A stretch of DNA of 64,000 nt from Minisyncoccota bacterium (GTDB taxonomy: Bacteria; Patescibacteriota; Minisyncoccia; Phycocordibacterales; UBA9973): the NCBI GenBank assembly GCA_041666225.1, contig JBAYHJ010000004.1:4350-68349 (forward strand). Reading direction: 5' to 3'. Positions 57,515-64,000 of this stretch are shown in pieces; positions within the stretch are counted from its first letter, which is position 1; every line of letters begins with the position of its first letter. Below the pieces are notes generated by a model, which was not told the origin of the DNA, made no database searches, and worked only from the letters and a program-made list of their open reading frames with translations. Both the position numbers and the translations under genes were made by a program.

Positions 57515-58774
57515 TTATACAAAAGTTAAAGCAATTCCTACTTGGTTGCCACGACCAGTTCTACCAATGCGGTGAACGTAGTCTTCATAAGTAGCAGGGA
57601 CTTCAAAGTTTATCACATGAGTCACATTTGGAATATCAAGACCTCGAGCGGCAACATCTGTCGCTACGAGTATTTGACTATGATTATCACGAAATGCTTT
57701 CAGTGCACTTTGACGACGAGATTGATTTTTATCTCCATGTATAGATTCAGCTTTAAAACCATTCTTAACTAAAGTCTGACAAAGTTTTTCAACTCCATGC
57801 TTTGTTCTTCCAAAAATTAAAACTTTTGAAAATTCTTTTTTTGATAACAAATTATGTAAGTGTTCAATCTTGTCTCCTCCATGAGGAACGCGGACAATAT
57901 CTTGATCAACATTGCGAGCCGTATCCCCTGTTTTGACTGAAATCATTTCTGGGTTATTTAAAAATTCTTTTATCAATTTATCAATTTCACTTGTGATAGT
58001 TGCCGAGAAAAATAATGTCTGCCTGTTTGGAGCCATATTATTCATTAAAAATCTCATATCATTCACAAATCCCATATCAAGCATTCTGTCTGCCTCATCT
58101 AAAACAATGGTTTTAAATTCAGGTAAATGAATCGCTTTACGATCAACTAAATCACGTAGTCGTCCAGGTGTTCCAATTATGAAATTGTTTTGACGACGAA
58201 GACTTGAAATTTGGCCATAAATTCCTACTCCTCCAACGCAACAAACAGAAAAAATTCTAAGTTCATTACGAAATTCTATTAATTCTTGATTTATTTGCAA
58301 TGCTAATTCTCGAGTTGGAACTATAACTAAAACTTTTTCATGAGGATTATTTATAATTTTATCAAGAAGTGGAATTAAAAATGCCGCGGTTTTACCAGTA
58401 CCTGTATTTGCAATACCAACAACATCACGTCCTTTTAAGACAAAAGGAATAGCACTATCCTGAATAGGAGTAGGATTCACATAACCCTTTTTTATAATGT
58501 TATCTTTTAAAATAGTATTAATTTTAAAATCTGCAAATTTATTTACTGGAATATACGGAGCTGACTCAATTATTGGATCTGCTTTACAAATAAATCTTGA
58601 ATGACTTATTGTACTTCCACCACCAAAACGCCCACGTGATTTGCCCCGACTGTTTTGAAACTGAGGTCTTGCCCCTCGAAATCTATTACCACCACCTAAT
58701 GATGGTTTACCCTTACCTGCGAAACGCGAAGCGGGTCTGCCGGAGCTTGCGCTTCGGCTATTTTGTTTATACAT
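57515..58774 (-). CDS. DEAD-box ATP-dependent RNA helicase with an N-terminal RG-rich tail
   Basis: Q-motif, ..NTGTGKTAAF.., ..DEAD.., ..SAT.. and ..HRIGRTGR.. are all present. Confidence 0.85.
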   Translation of the reverse strand: MYKQNSRSASSGRPASRFAGKGKPSLGGGNRFRGARPQFQNSRGKSRGRFGGGSTISHSRFICKADPIIESAPYIPVNKFADFKINTILKDNIIKKGYVNPTPIQDSAIPFVLKGRDVVGIANTGTGKTAAFLIPLLDKIINNPHEKVLVIVPTRELALQINQELIEFRNELRIFSVCCVGGVGIYGQISSLRRQNNFIIGTPGRLRDLVDRKAIHLPEFKTIVLDEADRMLDMGFVNDMRFLMNNMAPNRQTLFFSATITSEIDKLIKEFLNNPEMISVKTGDTARNVDQDIVRVPHGGDKIEHLHNLLSKKEFSKVLIFGRTKHGVEKLCQTLVKNGFKAESIHGDKNQSRRQSALKAFRDNHSQILVATDVAARGLDIPNVTHVINFEVPATYEDYVHRIGRTGRGNQVGIALTFV

Positions 58775-58988
58775 ATTTTTTTCCTAGTCTATAAAAATTA
58801 AAGTAAGACGACTAGAGCCCTCCCCTGATTTCCATAAAGACTTTCCAAGAGGATAGGCTATATATAAAGGCACAATCTATGTTGCGCAAGAAAACCAATG
58901 AGAATACAACTTACTATATAAGTATATAACTAATAACAATATCTGTCAAGAACCATGATAAAACCCCATTTCTGGGGTTTTATATAGA

Positions 58989-59129
58989 CTATTTTGCTCT
59001 TTTTGCGACTGACTTTTTCTTATCTGTCTTATTCTTCAGCATAACCTGCTTGACGGAAAGTCTTTTTGCTGTTTTGGGAGAATGACGTGATTTTTTATGA
59101 GGATGTAATGATGTTGCTCTTTTTGCCAT
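58989..59129 (-). CDS. small, very basic 46-aa protein (ribosomal-protein-like), not in the ORF track
   Basis: Manual translation gives MAKRATSLHPHKKSRHSPKTAKRLSVKQVMLKNKTDKKKSVAKRAK*. It is followed on the minus strand by a terminator hairpin (aaaaccccagaaatggggtttt at 58959-58982). Confidence 0.4.
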   Translation of the reverse strand: MAKRATSLHPHKKSRHSPKTAKRLSVKQVMLKNKTDKKKSVAKRAK

Positions 59130-59245
59130 ATATATTTCTTTGGCTCGCCATAGCTAAGTGCGAAGGCGGCTTATTATTAATAAATTACTTTGTATAGTAT
59201 ACATTAAATTAATAATTAAATCCAATCTTCAAAAAAACAAAACAC

Positions 59246-59277
59246 CCTCGTTACTAATGGCAACGAGGGTGTTTTGT
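59246..59277 (-). terminator. intrinsic terminator after csp (accctcgtt..aacgagggt followed by a T-run on the minus strand)
   Basis: 9-bp perfect stem plus TTTTGTTTTTTT on the reverse strand. Confidence 0.55.
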
Positions 59278-59291
59278 GAGTAAGTACGCAA

Positions 59292-59492
59292 TTATGCGCG
59301 TGATACTTTTGTAGCAGCTGGACCTTTTTCACTTTGTACAACTTCAAAAGAAACTGTATCTCCTGTCTGAAGTTCGTCAAATGTAACACCAACTAGTTCT
59401 TTAGAATGGAAGAATAAATCCTTTGCTTCACCTTCGCGAGCAATAAATCCAAATCCTTTATCTGTAAGAGTTTTGATTGTTCCTGTCATCAT
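59292..59492 (-). CDS. cold-shock protein (CspA family)
   Basis: ..MMTGTIKTLTDKGFGFIAREGEAKDLFFH.. (RNP1-like KGFGFI). Start trimmed to the internal Met; a long 5' leader sits upstream. Confidence 0.75.
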   Translation of the reverse strand: MMTGTIKTLTDKGFGFIAREGEAKDLFFHSKELVGVTFDELQTGDTVSFEVVQSEKGPAATKVSRA

Positions 59493-59673
59493 ATGATTTT
59501 TCCCGCCTGCTCCCGAGTACACGAGGGCAGGCAGATTGATTATTTTTTTACTTGAAACTTCGACGTGGTTCATGTGTCTTTACACAATCTCAGTATAGCA
59601 CACTATTTTAAATATACTTAGAAAACTATTTCTCGACCGATCTTGCTCAAAATTGGGACTAATATTCAAATAG

Positions 59674-60483
59674 TTATTTTATCAAGAAATATAGAATTAT
59701 TATTATCCCAAGTATTATTCGATAATAACCAAAAATCTTAAAATTATGTTTCTGAACAAAATTAATTAAGAATTTTACTATAATGAGCGCTACAAAAAAA
59801 GAGACAATAAAACCAATCATTAAAACAACTAACTGTTCGAAATTAAGTACTCCTTTGTATTTTAATAGACTATATGCCGAAGCAGCAAACATTGTTGGAA
59901 TAGCTAAAAAGAAAGAAAACTCCGTGGCAACTGCTCTGGAAGCTCCTAAAATCATACCTCCCATTATTGTTCCAGCTGATCTTGAAACTCCAGGGATCAT
60001 AGATAGACATTGAATTAATCCAACAAAAAATGCGGTTTTATAACTCAAGTCACCGATCGAAATAATTTTAGCTATTTTATTTTTATTTTCAATTAAAATA
60101 ATAATCAAACCACCAACAAGTAGAGATATTGCTACTACCCACGGATTAAATAATTTTTCTTCAATAAAACTAGCAAATATGGCCCCAAGTAATATTGCCG
60201 GTATCACCCCAACTATAGTCTTGTACCAAATATTTAAAGTTTCTTTATTTTTTATTTTATCTTTTGTAAAAGGCCATAGTTTTTTGATAAAATAAACTAA
60301 AACAGCCAAGATGGCTCCGAGTTGAATAACTATATCAAACAACACTGTAAAATCTTCACTAAAAGATAAAAATTGATTCACAAGGATAAGATGCCCAGTA
60401 GAGGAAATTGGTAAAAATTCTGTAAATCCTTCCACTACCCCTAAGATTATCGCTTTAATTATTTCCCAGATATGTAATTCCAT
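59674..60483 (-). CDS. uppP: undecaprenyl-diphosphatase
   Basis: ..GVVEGFTEFLPISSTGHLIL.., the BacA signature. Confidence 0.85.
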   Translation of the reverse strand: MELHIWEIIKAIILGVVEGFTEFLPISSTGHLILVNQFLSFSEDFTVLFDIVIQLGAILAVLVYFIKKLWPFTKDKIKNKETLNIWYKTIVGVIPAILLGAIFASFIEEKLFNPWVVAISLLVGGLIIILIENKNKIAKIISIGDLSYKTAFFVGLIQCLSMIPGVSRSAGTIMGGMILGASRAVATEFSFFLAIPTMFAASAYSLLKYKGVLNFEQLVVLMIGFIVSFFVALIIVKFLINFVQKHNFKIFGYYRIILGIIIILYFLIK

Positions 60484-60579
60484 AAATTTATTTTATCATA
60501 GGTTCGAACTTATACTAAACATATTTACACAAAGGGAAGAAAAGCTCGTTTTAGTGAATGAACTAAATCGAAAAAAGAA

Positions 60580-60795
60580 TTAAGATCTATCGTTTAAATA
60601 TTTACTAGCGATACTCAAAGCAAATGAAGGCAATATAATAAAAACCGTTGCAAACAAGAGTTTCATCAATATCTGTGTTGTTTTTGAGTCTGGCATATCT
60701 GGCCCAGAGGCTGTAATAACAATCAAAATACCAATAATTCCAAAAACAATTGACGAGTAAATAAAAACTTTTGTGGCTATTTTTTGCATAATCAT
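60580..60795 (-). CDS. small two-TM membrane protein (hypothetical)
   Basis: 71 aa. It is bracketed by the two halves of the repeat family seen at 61905 and 62688. Confidence 0.35.
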   Translation of the reverse strand: MIMQKIATKVFIYSSIVFGIIGILIVITASGPDMPDSKTTQILMKLLFATVFIILPSFALSIASKYLNDRS

Positions 60796-60933
60796 ATTAT
60801 ATCACAGTTCGTAACCTCTATATAAAGCTCACAAAATACATATGAGTTTGACAGTCTCCAAACTTGGGACGATGTTCAAATGGAAATATTAAAAGATATA
60901 AAAAAATATATCGTAAGTGTTGTAATATTGTCG

Positions 60934-61806
60934 CTAAACTCCTATCTTCCAAATTCCTTTTTCAAAAAATGCTTCAATGGTTTGACGAGTTGCCTTGTTG
61001 ATAAGATTTGAATGTGATATTTTATTCTTTTTTGCATATTCAACTAACGGAATAATCTTTTTACCATCTAGATATGCTAAACGTTTGTGATAACTATTTG
61101 TAAGTGATCTAGCAACAATTTCTTCCATTATTTTAGTCTTACCCTTCTCATCAAATTCCTTAAATGCATCATAGTATTTTTTGCGATCAATAAATTTAAT
61201 GTTAATTGGTACAAATCCTTCTCTAATAAGAAGATAATTATTTAATACTCTTCCAATACGTCCATTCCCATCACAAAATGGGTGTGTGTATTCAAAAACC
61301 AAATGAAGTTTCGCTATACGTTGTATAATATTTTCATGACCACTTGCATTATATTCATTTATCATTTTCTCGAGTCGATCAATTACTTCTTCTGGCTTAG
61401 GGGCAATGTGACTTCCAACTCTGACATATTCACCTGTTTTTCTAAATCTTCCAGCAATATCATCTCGAATATTTGAAATAAGCATTTTATGAAGAGATAA
61501 AATTACACCAAGGTTTAATTCTTGTTCCTTAGCTCTTTTATCAAGATAAGATACAACTCTCGCAAGATTTTTTGCTTCAAAAATTTCACGCTCACTAATA
61601 AATCTATCAAGATCAATCTGTAAAAGTATTTTTTCTGTTTCTTCTAAAGTAAGTGTGCTGTTTTCAATTGCATTCGAATTATAAACTTGCTCAGCAACTT
61701 CTGCTTCACTAATAAGTTTTATAAGTGAATCCTTACCCATAGAAGCTTTATAATAACGCTCTCTCAATAAATTTATTTTATTATATACACTTAATACTTT
61801 TACCAT
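60934..61806 (-). CDS. Fic family protein (AMPylase-type fold)
   Basis: ..HPFCDGNGRIGR.., the canonical Fic HPFx[DE]GNGR motif. Confidence 0.75.
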   Translation of the reverse strand: MVKVLSVYNKINLLRERYYKASMGKDSLIKLISEAEVAEQVYNSNAIENSTLTLEETEKILLQIDLDRFISEREIFEAKNLARVVSYLDKRAKEQELNLGVILSLHKMLISNIRDDIAGRFRKTGEYVRVGSHIAPKPEEVIDRLEKMINEYNASGHENIIQRIAKLHLVFEYTHPFCDGNGRIGRVLNNYLLIREGFVPINIKFIDRKKYYDAFKEFDEKGKTKIMEEIVARSLTNSYHKRLAYLDGKKIIPLVEYAKKNKISHSNLINKATRQTIEAFFEKGIWKIGV

Positions 61807-61904
61807 ATGTTAATATTATAGTCTTTTTCACGATTTTAGCAAGAAAACCGTGAAAATAGTTAATTTTTTAATGTTTTTCACGTTTTTGACTATAATTATC
61901 ATTT

Positions 61905-62095
61905 TAGGTTCGAACTTCTACTAGCCTCCGAAAAACAACCATTGTAAAATATGGTTTAAAATTTTGCTCCGAACTTGGGATGATGCTCCCGTTTTATTAG
62001 ATTGTAACCAATCTGTTTAAAACGCAGGTCCATCGATAATGATGGACACCTGTAGACGGTCCTTTAGGGTTCGAATGAGTATATTAGGTAATTAA
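61905..62095. repeat. about 190-nt intergenic repeat element, copy 1
   Basis: Shared blocks with 62688..62860: taggttcgaact..tacta; ccgaaaaa.aaccatt.taaaatatggttt; gaacttgggatgatg; ttcgaatgagtat.tt.tagg. Confidence 0.55.
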
Positions 62096-62118
62096 CATCA
62101 TGTGATATAATAAAAATT

Positions 62119-62598
62119 ATGAAAACCAATGTCTATATAGATGGAAATAATTTATATCGTTCCGCCCAAGAACTAGGTTTTAATATTGATTATAAAAAGT
62201 TTAGAGGTTGGCTCAGACAAAAATATAACGCAAATAATATCTATTTATTTATTGGACTTGTACCTGATAGGGTAAAGTTCTATGAATATCTACAAAGTTG
62301 TGGTTATATTTTAGTTTTTAAACAAACCGTTTCTGTTGGAGAAAAAATTAAAGGCAATTGTGACGCAGAACTTGTTTTAAAAACTGTTTCAGATTTTTAT
62401 ACTAAATCATTTGATAAATGTATCCTAGTTACAGGAGATGGAGACTTCGGGTGCCTTGTAGAATTTCTAAAAGAAAATAATTCCATAAACAAAGTTTTAT
62501 CTCCAGATGTAAATAAATGTTCATTTTTATTGAGAAATAAAAATGTAGAAATTACATTCTTAAACAATCTTTATCATAAATTCTCAAACAAGATATAA
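62119..62598 (+). CDS. NYN-domain (LabA-like) protein, second paralog
   Basis: ..NVYIDGNNLYRSA.. and ..ILVTGDGDFGCLV.. are NYN/LabA motifs. Confidence 0.65.
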   Translation: MKTNVYIDGNNLYRSAQELGFNIDYKKFRGWLRQKYNANNIYLFIGLVPDRVKFYEYLQSCGYILVFKQTVSVGEKIKGNCDAELVLKTVSDFYTKSFDKCILVTGDGDFGCLVEFLKENNSINKVLSPDVNKCSFLLRNKNVEITFLNNLYHKFSNKI

Positions 62599-62687
62599 AG
62601 AAAAAGCCCCCGATGTAGACGAATCTACATAGGGGTCTCTTTCATAATGATATCAGTATTATATCGCAAACGATATCATAAAGTCAA

Positions 62688-62860
62688 TAGGTTCGAACTA
62701 ATACTAACCCCTGCCAGCCCTCCTATAGTCGGGAGCAGGCTGGTCCGAAAAATAACCATTATAAAATATGGTTTTAAAAAGTGCTCCCTGCCCGAAATGC
62801 TACGTATATCGTTGCAGGCGGGCGAACTTGGGATGATGTTCGAATGAGTATTATAGGAAA
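62688..62860. repeat. about 170-nt intergenic repeat element, copy 2
   Basis: The same conserved blocks as copy 1 appear in the same order and orientation. Confidence 0.55.
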
Positions 62861-62969
62861 ATAATAAAGACCCACAAACACTTTCATATAATGTGGGTCT
62901 TTTACTCCTGCTAAACGAGCCTGTTTTTTGTTACCAAAAATTGAGTTGTTTATTGAAATTACATTAAAC

Positions 62970-63728
62970 TCATACTGAAAATAATTTCAGAGATTTTTGA
63001 ACGTAATCTATGGCTATTTGCACATCCAGTTCGTCTTCTATTGTACGAAGTCTTCCCTCTGCATCGATACAAAGTTCGGGGAAATCTTTTACCAATGGTT
63101 CAACCAAATTCAGTGTTGTCGGACTCAATCCCCCTGCTACACCCAGACCGAAGTTATTTCTTTTAGCACCTAATGCTTCCAAATAATTCTTCGCAATTAT
63201 AGGGTCAAATGGTTTTCCTGTACCATCGCTTGGGTCAAGTAAGACATAATCAATGAGGTCGGCATATTCACGATGTACCTTATCAGCCAGTTTTTGAGGC
63301 GAATGAGACACTTCATTAAAAGCGTCACCGCCAATTTGAAGTACAATACATTTTTTTTCGTAAAATTTTTTGTATGCTTCCAGTACCCTTACTGAAGGCC
63401 AGGCAATATTAAGCTGGAATCCATTAAAGTTTTCTCCTGAGTAGTCAGTTACTTCTAGCAACTGTGACAAAAGATTTTCAGGCTCTTTGGTGTTAAAGTG
63501 AACCAAATTCAGACAATTTTCATTGTCGAGAAAAATATTCTCCATTTCACTTATCGATGGATAACGACCAGGCCACTTGTTCGTAATTCCCTTCAAGCTT
63601 TTTGAGCTTGCCAAAACGCCAACCATCAACAATCGATTTGCCTTTTGAAAATTAATGCCCTTCAGAGTATCTGATACTTCTTCGGGAGACATAAACCCTG
63701 TAATACCAATGTATGGTTTCTTTTTCAT
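62970..63728 (-). CDS. phosphoribosylanthranilate isomerase-like (TrpF-family TIM barrel) protein
   Basis: ..DYVLLDPSDGTGKPFD.. and ..GLGVAGGLSP.. resemble TrpF D(x)LLD..GGTG..FDW and LAGGL.P.N blocks. No other trp genes are nearby. Confidence 0.4.
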   Translation of the reverse strand: MKKKPYIGITGFMSPEEVSDTLKGINFQKANRLLMVGVLASSKSLKGITNKWPGRYPSISEMENIFLDNENCLNLVHFNTKEPENLLSQLLEVTDYSGENFNGFQLNIAWPSVRVLEAYKKFYEKKCIVLQIGGDAFNEVSHSPQKLADKVHREYADLIDYVLLDPSDGTGKPFDPIIAKNYLEALGAKRNNFGLGVAGGLSPTTLNLVEPLVKDFPELCIDAEGRLRTIEDELDVQIAIDYVQKSLKLFSV

Positions 63729-63837
63729 GGTGCTATTTTTTTAGTAATGAATGTTTTTTCTTTAGATTAATCTTAAATGGATACATTGTCAAACAAAAAC
63801 AAAAAAGACCTAAACATTTTGAATAGGTCTTAGTCTT

Positions 63838-64000
63838 CTGGAAACGAATCAACTTCTTTAATGATGACATCTTCCAATAATTCTTTTTGGTAAGGACCAT
63901 ACTTTGCTTTTCCAACAACTTTTTTACCGTTCAAAATTAGTAGAAAATATTCTTTATCAGCAGGCATCATCTTATCATAAGGTAGATTATCTTTATCAAA
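63838..64000 (-). CDS. C-terminal fragment of a gene running off the window end (hypothetical)
   Basis: The reverse translation ..FDKDNLPYDKMMPADKEYFLLILNGKKVVGKAKYGPYQKELLEDVIIKEVDSFPED* ends at a stop at 63838. Confidence 0.3.

Noticed and set aside
62647-62847. 66-aa plus-strand ORF
   Set aside because: It lies entirely within repeat copy 2 (62688-62860). Its sequence is conserved with the non-coding copy 1, where no ORF exists.
60497-62860. The 170-nt repeat interpreted as a tRNA-derived element because of its ggttcgaa blocks
   Set aside because: GGTTCGAA contains the palindrome TTCGAA and only loosely resembles a T-loop. No acceptor or anticodon-like structure could be folded. It is kept as an unclassified repeat.
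63733-63918. 61-aa minus-strand ORF
   Set aside because: It overlaps the C-terminal fragment of the edge gene in another frame and is K-rich low complexity.

Overview
This window reads as a low-GC (~33%), gene-dense fragment of a small, reduced genome. Gene content and protein style are consistent with a CPR/Patescibacteria-like bacterium; that assignment is inference only. Most of the window is housekeeping and largely co-linear on the minus strand. It carries the ribosomal S13-S11-S4-rpoA block with L36 and infA, plus alaS, mnmA, mltG, typA, rseP, frr, holB and mreB. A plus-strand block holds priA-rpsU-ybeY-ftsA-ftsZ-trxB. Further housekeeping includes gpmA, gyrA, rpsA, pth, lepB-hisS-def-fmt, hpf, guaC, a DEAD-box helicase, csp and uppP. 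Three minus-strand tRNAs are present: Val-GAC, Ser-CGA and Glu-TTC.

The accessory content is the interesting part:
1. A tRNA-Glu-associated decayed island (about 32.98-35.56 kb) bounded by successive, increasingly degenerate copies of the tRNA-Glu 3' end. It carries a NYN-domain gene and coiled-coil ORFs.
2. Immediately across the tRNA, a surface/membrane island with a perfect consensus promoter, an SPFH/NfeD-like pair and a cluster of five paralogous VirB2/TrbC-like pilin-fold proteins. One is a 456-aa IPT-domain fusion. No secretion ATPases are visible.
3. An IS200/RAYT-like Y1-transposase element flanked by identical hairpins.
4. A second NYN-domain gene flanked by a ~170-nt repeat family. 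A split copy of that repeat brackets a small membrane-protein gene.
5. A 593-aa internally duplicated cysteine-rich protein.
6. A PriA lacking the Walker A motif.
7. Several orphan hairpins, terminator families and a candidate ncRNA.

No CRISPR array, integrase or toxin-antitoxin pair could be supported.
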